Positions 10,731 through 20,475 of a DNA stretch of 25,813 nt are shown in pieces; position 1 is the stretch's first letter; each line of letters starts with the position of its first letter. Both the position numbers and the translations under genes were made by a program. The notes beneath the pieces are model-generated. The model was not told the DNA's origin. It made no database searches and was given only the letters and a program-made list of their open reading frames with translations. Source of the DNA: Chiloscyllium plagiosum (taxonomy: Eukaryota); assembly GCF_004010195.1 (NCBI RefSeq), contig NC_057754.1, positions 13,584,506 through 13,610,318 on the forward strand, given 5' to 3'.

Positions 10731-11169
10731 TTTCAGAGCTGACGCCGAATTTGAATAGAGGGAGGTGAAGCTGCATTGTTTCAGTTCGAAACTAAAGTTG
10801 TGTCACACCTTATTGCTGTGGATTGGTTCATTCAATTGACGACACCCAAGCAGCTCACAAATTATTTGTTCTCCATTCCAGAGAGCTAGCTATGTGAATG
10901 CAGATTGGGAACTGGATGAGTCCATTTTGAACTGGAGAAGTCAATTTGAATCTTCAAACCTGCTGCATCATTCAATGAGATAATTGTTGATCCACGTCAA
11001 ATCTAACGCCCTGCGTTATCTTCAAGACTCTCCGTTTACTTTTGATACACCAATCCCTACCGATGTGAAATGAACTCAGCAACAGAACAACCGATTTCTC
11101 TTCGGACAAAATAACAAATGCAGTTCTGGCTCTTTAACAGGGCCAAAAGGGATACTGAATTTTGTCAGA

Positions 11170-11430
11170 ACATCTGTGCCAACATCTTCCATTTAAATAT
11201 CTGCTCACTGGGCATTAGAATATTCACAGCAGATATAACGAGTTATTTAATACTGAATGAAACATATTCAGGCTGTCAGACGTTTGGAAATCTACTTTGT
11301 ACGGTGGAGGACAAGTCATCACTAAGTCTAAGAAAGTTTTTTTCAGGTATTGAAAGTACCGTGGTGCAAAGGTTTGAAGTCAGGATTATGGCATTGATAA
11401 AGACTATTAGTTTTTAACAAATGGCAGGGT
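11170..11430 (+). mobile_element. Highly decayed CR1 3'-end fragment
   Basis: Weak resemblance to the CR1 ORF2 C-terminus/3' UTR seen better at 12630-12920 and 16985-17437 (ATCTTCCATTT..GGGCAT..AGAAT..TTTGGAA.TCT..GGTGGAGG.CAAGTCA). Confidence 0.35.
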
Positions 11431-11548
11431 AGGCTGTAATGACCGAATTGCTACTGCAGCTGCTAATCTCTAAATTTTCGGTGGTCTTATTAGTGCACAA
11501 TGTAGTTCATACACCAGACTCATTGAGTGGAAGTAAGCGTTTCTTCTG

Positions 11549-11587
11549 AGTATTTATATCGGCTGATTTCGACTATGTATTAACGCG
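11549..11587 (-). promoter_or_regulatory. Degenerate 23-RSS
   Basis: Heptamer remnant CGCGTTA (11587-11581), 23 nt spacer, nonamer ATAAATACT (11557-11549; 6/9) right after the V exon end. The essential CAC is mutated, so it is non-functional. Confidence 0.6.
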
Positions 11588-12040
11588 GAGCTCAAAGTAT
11601 AGTACTTCACGGCAAAATCAGAAATAAGACCATGGTCGACTGTCAGAGGAACAGTTTTCTTGTCTTGATCCAAAACAGCAGAAAACCAATCAGGCAGATG
11701 AGGAGTCTTACCTCCCGGTTCCTTGTACAATTTCAGTTGGACATATATTGAAGTTTCCACAGGACACTGGATTTCGCGGAGAAGAGTTTATGCACAAGCA
11801 CTAAGTAGACTCTAATCGTACTGTGTGCCTTTCTAGAACTGGTGTTTCAGGCATGTCCTATAAAACTAAATCTTTACCATTCATCTCTGTGAGAAAATAT
11901 ATTGTGCGTCGAATGTATGTGAACAAATTTAACCAGTGAAATATATGGTGGTTAATTTAATTCAGACTGAGCAGCACGACCATTACTTTCAGTAAAGAAC
12001 CAAGGGAGTAGATTGTTTCTAGTGCTTTTGTAAGCGACAA
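11588..12040 (-). pseudogene. TCR V(alpha)-like segment pseudogene
   Basis: Acceptor TTTTCTCACAG| at 11887. Exon reads (E)MNGKDLVL*DMPETPVLERHTVRLEST*.. then, in another frame, LPDWFSAVLDQDKKTVPLTVDHGLISDFAVKYYTLS (RFSA.LD..KKTVPL.I....SDSAVYYCALS pattern). Weak leader candidate ~12040-11987 ending at GTAATG. Confidence 0.85.
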
Positions 12041-12127
12041 AATTTTTAAAAGATGTTGACACTGTCGTCTTTTAGAAAGACTGAACATAAATCAGAGACA
12101 AGCTTTATTTCGTGAGGAATGGATGGG

Positions 12128-12190
12128 CGACTCATCTTGCGGAGAATGGCTGAGGTCACCAATCTGACGTCGCCTGTGGTCGACTCATTA
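12128..12190. promoter_or_regulatory. Putative V promoter cluster: CRE/AP-1-like sites and CCAAT
   Basis: CGACTCAT (12128), TGAGGTCA (12151), CCAAT (12159), TGACGTCG (12165), CGACTCAT (12181), about 90-150 bp upstream of the leader candidate. CRE motifs are typical of TCR V promoters. Confidence 0.5.
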
Positions 12191-12399
12191 TTATTTAAGA
12201 TCTGATGACTCTTTCCAATCCCTTCACTCGTTGATCTTTGAAGTTTTCTCTACCTGTGCTCTGTCTTACATTTTCAGGAATTCAGTGTGTTCCATAGTTT
12301 AACGGCTTGAATTCCATACTGTAGCCCAAAATCGGGAAATATTTCAGTCTAATTCCATGAAAAGTGAAATGATTCATACTTTCTTGATTGATCTTTAAT

Positions 12400-12920
12400 G
12401 CATCCGATGAATGTATACAATTCTGAACTACTGCTGAAATTGTAGAAAGTTTAAGAATCTATGATCAAATGGGGACATTTAAGTGACTGCTGGACATGCA
12501 CATGGATGGCAGTGAGTTGAGGGGTGCGTAGGTTAAGTTACTATATTTTACATTAGGATTAAACCTCGGCACAACATCGTGGGTCAAAGAGCCTGTTCTG
12601 TGCTGTACATTTCTATGTTCTAAGTTCTAAATGGCGTAAGCTCAGAATTAAATGGCGCCAATTTAAGACTGAAATCAGCAGGAATTTCTTCTCTCAGTTG
12701 ATTGTCAGTCTTTGCAACTATTTACCACAGAGAACTGTGGGGGCAGAACCCTTGTGTGCATTTATAATTGTGGAAAATGTATTTTTGATCAAAAGTGGAA
12801 CTGAGGGTACAGGGAGTATGCAAGAAAACGGACATGTACGACCTGCCATGACTATGTCGAATCGTGGAGCATGCTCCATGGGTGGACTGCCTACTTCTGT
12901 TCTTATTTCAGAAGGTCTTG
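12400..12920 (+). mobile_element. Old CR1 3' fragment with a second CR1 3' end (12470-12629) nested in it
   Basis: 12470-12629 has a CR1 3' UTR ending CCTGTTCTGTGCTGTACATTTCTATGTTCTAAGTTCTA. The flanking sequence resumes GGCGTAAGCTCAGAATT..TTTAAGACTGAAATCAGCAGGAATTTCTTCTCTCAG (G..LR....FKTE..RNFFSQ). Confidence 0.7.
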
Positions 12921-13164
12921 TGGTTTTATTAGAAAACACTGAACTCTGAAGTTGATTGAAGCGCTATTGCAGCTCATATCAATAAATGTAATGTTTCCAT
13001 CAGTTCGTGTTTGTCCCTTAAAAACTCAATGGAAAAACAGTGAAAGCTCTTCTGGCAGAGAAAAGAGGATCACTTTTGAAAGATAGTGTCAGTCAAACAA
13101 GCAACAGATCCACTCATTCCTAAGTGAAGTATGATTCAATAGTTTAACCTGGGTAACTTCAAAT

Positions 13165-13530
13165 GATTATAAGATCGTAAGGATTAGAGTTGGAGCGGGC
13201 CATTCTGCTCGAATTTGTGAGATTTGTTTAATTATTTGGTTTGATTGTGACTTACCTATTTAGTGTTTAAACCAAATTCCTGTTCGCCAACACCTCACAA
13301 AGTCGTTTCACCTGGTATTGAATAAGAGTCTGAACGTGACATGTTTGTAATAGTTCAGACCCCATTATTCTTTTGGAAGGTTTCCGAGTCTTAAAACCTT
13401 TTGACAGACAAAGAGGTTATCTCCACTGAATTGTGACTTTAGTAATTTGAACAATGCCGCAGAATTCCAGATTCTCTCTCAGATTGTACTTGTCAAAGTG
13501 TTCAGCATTTCATATGTTTACCAATGAATT
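13165..13530 (-). mobile_element. Decayed CR1 3'-end fragment
   Basis: Begins ATAAGATCGTAAGGATTAGAGTTGGAGCGGGCCATTC, the reverse complement of a CR1 3' tail; heavily diverged. Confidence 0.4.
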
Positions 13531-13789
13531 TCGAATGATATTACAACGTTTTTGCTGGAGTGATAGCAAGTGTCTAAAGTAGACGATGGATTTTGTTACC
13601 TGCCAAAGATTACACATAGCACAGAACTGATTATTGTTCATCTCAATAGCAGAGATACACTCATGTCAACCTGAATTGTCGAAATTATTCCCTGTGCTTT
13701 ATATCCACACGTGTTTTCCTGGTATCGACCTTTCTCGTTGGAACCTTGTTGGATTTTATGTAAGACTGGGGGACTCTCATTCATTTCAG

Positions 13790-13925
13790 GACTCAGTGCA
13801 CAGTAATACACAACACTGGCTGTCAACTTCAAATCTTTCATAGATGATTGGAAAGTGTGATGTGCCCAGTTGAGTTTCCTCTTGAAATGTTCTCAGCTTC
13901 ATGGAATATTGCAAACCCTTCTGCT
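13790..13925 (-). pseudogene. 3' half (FR3) of a TCR V(alpha)-like segment, truncated by CR1
   Basis: *EHFKRKLNWAHHTFQSSMKDLKLTASVVYYCALS. Followed by a heptamer remnant TGAAATG and ACATAAAAT (13761-13753) with a shortened ~20 nt spacer. The upstream part is replaced by the CR1 at 13928-16642. Confidence 0.8.
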
Positions 13926-16125
13926 TACAGAGCCAGAAGGATATACACCTAAGAAACAGGCATTTTGGACTAACTCAACCATGCTGACCGGAATATCCTA
14001 AAATGTTTAGTCCTATTTGCCAGCACTAGGCCCATATGCCTCTAAACTCTTCCTATTCATATGCACATCCATTAAATGTTGTAACTCTACCAGCCTGCAC
14101 CGCTTCTTCTGGCAGCTTATTTCATTCATGCACCACCCAATGGGTGAAACAACTGGATCTTAGGTATGTGTTAAATTTTTTCCCGGTCATCTTCAACCTC
14201 TGCCGTCAAGTTTGAGACTTTCCCACCTCAGGAAAAGGCCTTGTACTATCCATGCGGCTCATTATTATGTAAACGTCTCTAAGTTCGCCCCTCGGCCTCC
14301 AACGCTCCAGGGAAAATAAGCCCAACCTATTCGGCCTCTCCCTATTGGTAAAACTCTCCTGGCAAACTGGTTGTAAAAATTTTCTGAATTCTTTCAAGTT
14401 TGACAACATCCTTTCTGTAGGAGGAAGACCATAATTCCACACACTATTCCAATAGTGGTCGAACCAATGTCCTCCCAGCCACACCATGACCTCCTAGATT
14501 CAGTACTTAATGCACTGCCCAATAAGGGCAAGCATACCAAAAGCTTACTTCACTCTACTATCGACCTGCGACTCCACTTTCAAGGAACTATGAACATTCA
14601 CTCCAAGTTCCCTTTGCTCAGCAACGCTCCTCAAGACCTTACCATTAAGTGTATAAGTCCTGCCCTGATTTGTCTTTCCAAAATGCAGTACCTCACTTTT
14701 ATCTACATAGATCTCCATCTGCCTTTCCCCATCTGATAAAGATCCTGTTGCATTTTCAGGTAATCTTCTTCGCTGTCTACTATACTTCCAATTATGGTGT
14801 CATCTGCAAACATTCAAACCAAACTTCTTTAGTTGACATCAAAATCATTTATATCAATGATGAAAAGCAATGGGTACAGGACTGATCCGTGTGGCACACC
14901 CCAGGTCATAGGCCTCCAGTCTGAAAAGCAACTCTCCACTACCACCCTCTGCCTTCTATCCTCGAGCCAGTTCTGTGTCCACAAAGCTAGTTGTCACTCT
15001 ATTCCGTGTGATCTAACCTTGCTAACCAGTCGACCATGAGGAACCTTGACGAAAACCTTATTGAACCCCATGTAGATCATGTCCACTGCTCTGCTCTCAT
15101 CAATTTTCTTTGTTGCTTCTTCAAAACTAATAATCAAGTTAGTGAGACACAAATTTACGCGCACAAAGCCTGATTGACTATCCTTAAGTAGTCCTTGCTT
15201 TTCCTAATTCATGCAAATTCTATCCCTCAGGGTTCCCTCCAATGACTTGCCTAACATTGATGTCAGGATCACCGGTCTATAATTACCTATCATATCCTAG
15301 TCGCCATTTTTAAAAAAAAATAGTGGCAACATGGTAGTCAACCTCCAGTCTTCTAATACCTCATCACAGGCTTTTGATAATACAAATATTTCAGCAACGA
15401 GCCTCATAAAAACTTCTATAGCTTCCTACAGAGTTCCAAGTTACACCTGACCACTTACCCACTTTTATACCTTTTAAGACGTAGGATACCTCCTCCTCTG
15501 TATTATGGACATTGTTTTCAAGATATCGCTATTTATTTGCCTTCGTTCTCTATCTTCCACATCCTTCCCCACAGTCAGCTCTGATGGAAAATACTCCCCA
15601 ACTTAGCATCTCCCCAATCTCCTTTGGTTCCACACATAGATGCCTTGCTAATTTTTAAGGGGCAAGATTGTCTCCCTAGTTAGCCTTTTATCCTTAATGT
15701 ATTTGTAGAATCGTTTTGGATTCTCCTTACCTCTATTTTCCAAAACTGTTTCCGGTTCCCTTTTTGTCTCTTGATTTTCCGCTTTAAGTATACTTCTATT
15801 GCCTTGCTACTCTTCAATGGATTCCCTCGTTCTCTTCCGTCTACACCTGACATATATTTCCTTCTTTACCAAACTTTGAATTTCTGTAGTCATCTAGCAT
15901 TCTCTATACTTCCAGCTTGCTCTTTACCCTACAAAAACAGAGTCTCTGGACTCACGTTATCTTATGTTTGAAGGCTTGCCATTTTCCAGCCATCCCTTCA
16001 CCTGGGACATTCGCCCACAATCTCGCTTTTGAAAGATCTTGCCAAATATTATCAAAATGGCTTTAATCGAATTCCAATCACTACTTTAAAAATAATAAAA
16101 TTATGGTCACTAGCCCCAAATTGCT

Positions 16126-16160
16126 CCCCCCCCCCACCCCCACCACCACCACCACCCCCA
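16126..16160 (+). repeat. C-run/(CCA)n microsatellite
   Basis: CCCCCCCCCCACCCCACCACCACCACCACCCCCCA expanded inside CR1; source of the poly-Pro ORF. Confidence 0.9.
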
Positions 16161-16216
16161 CGGATACCTCTGTCACCTGTCTTGTCTTATTTCCCAAGAT
16201 TAGGACAAAGAGTGTG

Positions 16217-16348
16217 GAATTACTGATGAAGGGCTTATGCTCGAAACGTCAACACTCATGCTGCACGGATACTGCCTGACCTGTTGTGCTTTTCCAGCAT
16301 CACACTGTTAGATTCTGACGCCCAGCATCTGCAGTCCTCACTTTCACC
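16217..16348 (+). mobile_element. Penelope pLTR-derived insertion in CR1
   Basis: GAATTACTGATGAAGGGCTTATGCTCGAAACGTC..CTGCCTGACCTGTTGTGCTTTTCCAGCA..CCAGCATCTGCAGTCCTCACTTTC. CR1 sequence homologous to 3381-3450 flanks both sides. Confidence 0.8.
16223..16250 (+). ncRNA. Minimal hammerhead ribozyme core motif
   Basis: CUGAUGA-A-GGGC-UUAU-GCUC-GAAA-CGUC: complete conserved core, 4-bp stem II, palindromic ACGU in place of stem III, GUC cleavage triplet. Stem I is poorly paired in this copy. Confidence 0.65.
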
Positions 16349-16984
16349 AAGAGTAGGTATATTGACATATTCAATCAGAAAATCTTCCTGCGCACACTTA
16401 ATGAAGTCTTCTCCATCTCATCCCTAAACCTATGACAGTCTCAGTCTATGTTTGGAAAGGCAAAATTCCCGACCATTATCACCGTATTATTCTTACAGAT
16501 AACTGAGATCTTTTTACACATCTGTTCTCACTTTCCTGATGACTATTGTGCGATCTTTAGAACAATCCCAATTAGATGGTTATCGCTTTCTTATTTCTCA
16601 TTTCTCATTTCCACCCAAATAACTTCCCTGGGTATATTCCCATGTGACATCAAAAGGATTTGCATCCAAACACATTTCCTTCAGGCATAATCATCAGTAA
16701 CATGAAAACTCTTCCTAATCTCCCACATCCGACTAGAAGACCACATCAGTCTACTAAAGGCAATCTTTGCACTTTAGCAATCCATAGACCCAGAAAATGG
16801 CACAGTCTCCCTGCTCTGTAAACAATGCTCCATGCTAGTTTTATACCTATGTTCTTACATATTTAAAGTTCAATCAAGAGATATATCTCAATAGAAGCAT
16901 ATACAGTTTAAAAAGAACCTACTCGACATATCTTTGTAGATTTACACACAAAAAAGAGAACCAGTAAGGTTTTGTGCCCTATAT

Positions 16985-17437
16985 CTAACGTATGAGGAAT
17001 GTCTAAGGACTCTGAGTGTATACTTAATGGAGTTCAGAAGAATGAAGGGAAACTAATTGAAAGATACAGAATATTGAATAACCAGGACATGGTAGATTTT
17101 GGAAGATGTTTCCATTGGTAGAAAAGACTAGGAGTTGCGGGCATAACCTTAGAGTAAAGGGAAGACCTTTTAAAACGGAGACGAAGAGAAACTTCTTCAG
17201 CCAGGGAATGGTGAATCTGTGGAATTCATTACCACAGAAGGCTCTGGAGACCAGGTCACTGACTGTATTTAAGACTGATGTAGCTAGGTTCTTGAGAACC
17301 AATGGAATCAAGGATTATGATGAGATAGCGGGAGAATGGGGTTGAGAACCTTATCAGCCATGATTGAATGGTGGAGCAGATTAAATGAGCTAAATGGCCT
17401 ACTTTTTGATCGTATGTCTTATAGCCCTATGGTCTTA
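16985..17437 (+). mobile_element. CR1 3' fragment (ORF2 C-terminus and 3' UTR)
   Basis: YEECLRTL..Y.MEFRRM; MFPLVEKTRSCGHNLRVKGRPFKTETKRNFFSQGMVNLWNSLP; tail AATGGCCTACT..TCTTATAGCCCTATGGTCTT. Confidence 0.9.
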
Positions 17438-17465
17438 AGGTTACACTTTAAAATTAGCCAAATAC

Positions 17466-19131
17466 CTGTTCTTCTTCTGTGTTCACACACAGGTTTCTCC
17501 AAGGTCAACTACGAATTTTGTTGTTTTAATTTTCTTAGAACCAACTTCGATGTTCATAGATCATTTGAAATCACTGTAATGGAAAATTAACAAAATTAAC
17601 ATTTAATGTGAAATCTGAGAGAGAATACTTTGCTAAATTTAACACTTTGCCAAATCTTGCAGGTAGACAGCCTGACTTTGCTGAACTTTGCAAACAGGCA
17701 ACCTGACTTTGCAAGCAGTCGAATTCAGCAGAGTCAGGCGAAACATAAAGGCAGTAAGCAATTATATCAACAGCAAAACAACTCCATATGTGGAAAGGAG
17801 CTCGAATGTTCCTAGCTCTTGCCCTTGAGTGTGTGATAAGGATAACCAAAATATAGTACAAAGAGAATATGTGAAAGTTGTTAAGGGCCCTTACATACGA
17901 CGTTTGTGCCAAGTGTATTGGGCCTCCTGCAGAATGTACAATAAAGCTTTTTCTTTGCTCTTGATAGCATTTGAGTCGAGTCGATTTGATTTCCATGACA
18001 ATGGCTCATCAAAAGCAACAGCTCTGCTGGGTATTGGGTCAGACAGCAGTGTGGGTTTCTTCCTATGTTTGAATCACTCCATGTGGCCACTGCCTCTATC
18101 TTTCCTCCTTTTAAAGTGCTATTATTTTGATATTTTTCCCAAAGTATAAAACAATGCCACAGCTTGTAAATGAGAAATTACTGTTCTTATACCTCGAAAG
18201 AAAAATCTCCAACATTGAAAATAGCTCAAAATAGGAGCAGCTCTTGTAGTGACAATTGTTTCCTGTCCTCCATCTTGGATTATCCAAAGGAGAAAGAACA
18301 CAGGAACAAATCATTCGGCAAACCAAGACTGCACCAATGCATGATGCCATTGTTAAAAATGTTCAAGAGATAATTCTCATATATATTGCAATTATTAGCT
18401 CTCCTAAGAATTGTACTGTATTGTACTGTATTTGTATTGTACTCACCATTTGCTGCATCAGGAAATCTGACCACGTTCTGGTGTATTGTTGGCGCTTCCT
18501 GCATTTGCAGTTCTGCAGTTTCCTCGGGTCTCTGGATTTGTATGTAATGGCCATCATCTCTGATAATCTCCAATGTTACCTAACTGAGATTTTAAAAGTT
18601 TACCTGTGATTCTATTAAAATATTCAGGAAACACAAATGAAACGTGCCAAAATATTCACAAATAAACCACACAGAGGTCTTATATACAGGATAACGTGCA
18701 TACCAGCACAGTAACAAATAATTTGGAAACCAAGAATGCGCAGAAACGTGATGTCATTCTAAATTTGTTTTTCTTACCTCTATGCAACACCTCTTCCTTT
18801 TATTATAATGACATAACTTTGGTTATCAGCAAACCCTCTGGAGGCTTGCCATCCACCGTTTCATTCTGCTATGTGTGTTCTGATGTAATGCAATCATAAA
18901 GGATCTCACCTACTTCTTTTTTCTCCACGTCTAAATTCGTGTTTCGCCCTTGGGTGGACCTAACCTTTCCCAAACAATTCTCTTGCTCTTAATATATCGA
19001 TAAAACTACTTGGGAATTATCATAATTCTATTTGTCAAAAACAAAGATATAATATGATATAGGAAAGAATGAAAGAATTGGGATAGCAATTGCAAGATAA
19101 TGTTTCAAAATAAAGTTACCTCTCTGCCCAT
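17466..19131 (-). pseudogene. Candidate multi-exon pseudogene of a type II membrane receptor (Tyr-motif cytoplasmic tail, possible TM, coiled-coil neck; C-type-lectin-like architecture)
   Basis: Phase-compatible exons with GT/AG sites: 19131-19120 (MGRE|GTAACT), 19027-18778 (250 nt, |GTAAGA), 18611-18447 (165 nt, |GTGAGT), 17573-17466 (108 nt, TTTTCCATTACAG|..|GTATTT). A weaker TM-like exon lies at 18283-18191. Eight in-frame stops in the well-defined exons. Product identity is inferred; no lectin domain seen. Confidence 0.4.
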
Positions 19132-19433
19132 TAGCAGCAACTCAACTTGAGAGAGACAGAAAGCTATGGATTCTGCTTCACGTAACCTCACAAGTTGCAA
19201 ACAGCAGTTCACCCACAGGTATAACTGAATTACTCAACTTATCCGAGTAATAAATGAATCGTGAAGTCATGGAAAGTTAGATCGTCTGTTGGTTCATTGA
19301 ACTGTGATTAAACACAAATGTTATAACTTTGTTAATCGTCTCTAACAATGAATAAATATGGGACTCTTTAAACAAGTAATGTTCAACTGCTCTGGAATTC
19401 GTATAGTCTCAAAGACGGTACTTGGTTCAGAGA

Positions 19434-19790
19434 ATGGGCTCTTTCTTGCCATTTGGATCCCATTCTCACTCGTACTGAGGCGCCTGGTAAGTGAAGTGTC
19501 ACAGTTTAGTTGTTACCCCTTGCCACATCTCATGACATTTTGCCGATTCTTTTTCATGATCATTTTGTTTTTTTTTCAATTGTTCAGCGTATCCTGACTA
19601 TGATAAAACGAACTATGAAACGTTGCAAGACGCTATTCAAATCATTTTGTTGTGCATTTACAAATTATATAATTTATTGCATTCCTAACATATTGACCTT
19701 CATGTATGGCGTTGCACGAATATGAATTTATTCAGTATGAACATATGCAAGTGAGAGTCAGCAGTGTACCAATTCCATGCCTGCTCCACC
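19434..19790 (+). pseudogene. Probable highly decayed V segment (leader, intron, V remnant)
   Basis: Hydrophobic leader-like exon ATG/GLFLAIWIPFSLVLRRL ending at GTAAGT (19487). 101-nt intron with strong acceptor TTTTTTTCAATTGTTCAG| (19587). Then YETLQDAIQIILLCIYKLYNLLH (L.C.Y) and FSMNICK*ESAVYQFHA (DSAVYYCA-like). No convincing RSS. Confidence 0.45.
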
Positions 19791-19974
19791 TTTTAACACA
19801 CCATACTGACATAAATGTAACCCCTAATCGACATTTACTCTAAACCAAAAGAGCATTTTGCTCTTTCACTTATAAAGCATCTATTAACATTTACTGAAAT
19901 ATTCAACTCCTCTGAATCCAGCACATGTTCTTGAAAGAAAAGAAGACTAGAGACTATAGTAGTGAAAAACAAAC

Positions 19975-20475
19975 GGGTCATCTCTGTTTTATTTCAGCTC
20001 GCCAATTTCTGATCCAAACCACCAAGTCATCCTCAATCCCATGCCTCCGTATTTTGTGCATTAGCCTACCGTGGGGAAACTTATCTAACGCCTTACTGAA
20101 ATCCATATACACAACTGCTTTACCCTCATCCACGTGTTTGGTCACCATCTCAAAGAACTCAATAAGGTTCAAGAGACACGTCCTATTCTTCACAAAACCG
20201 TGTTGACTATCGCTAACCAACTTATTCCATTCTAGGTTATTATAAATCCTACCTCTTATAGTCTTTCCAACACTTTACCCACAACTGACGTAAGGCTTAC
20301 TGGTCTATACTTATCAGAGTTTATTTTTTCTCTACTCCCCGACTTGAACAATTGGGCAACATTTGCTCTCCTCCAGCCTTCTGGTACTATTCCTATAATA
20401 ATGACGACATAAAGATCAAAGTCAAAGGCTATGCAATCTCCTGTCTGGCTTCCCAGAGAATCCCAGGATAAATCC
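19975..20475 (-). mobile_element. CR1 RT fragment
   Basis: SDSQHGFVKNRTCLLNLIEFFEMVTKHVDEGKAVVYMDFSKALDKFPHGRL; abuts the 5' end of the plus-strand CR1. Confidence 0.9.

Larger units (their letters stand above)
13928..16642 (-). mobile_element. CR1 LINE (3' UTR through RT to mid-endonuclease), decayed, 5'-truncated
   Basis: 3' tail at ~13928-14030. LGLFSLERWR.RGEL..VY.IM (14206-14487). RT region 14750-15300 and EN region 16350-16642 are homologous to the copy at 1981-4095. Confidence 0.88.

Noticed and set aside
16029..16226. Poly-proline ORF
   Set aside because: Translation of a C/(CCA)n microsatellite on the antisense strand of a CR1.
16735..16870. Plus-strand FR1-like peptide QSIDPENGTVSLLCK
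   Set aside because: No WY motif, FR3, leader or RSS follows; likely chance.
17450..17530. Plus-strand LKLAKYLFFFCVH + CACAGGT as a V 3' end with heptamer
   Set aside because: No nonamer, and the sequence is better explained as the minus-strand 108-nt exon.
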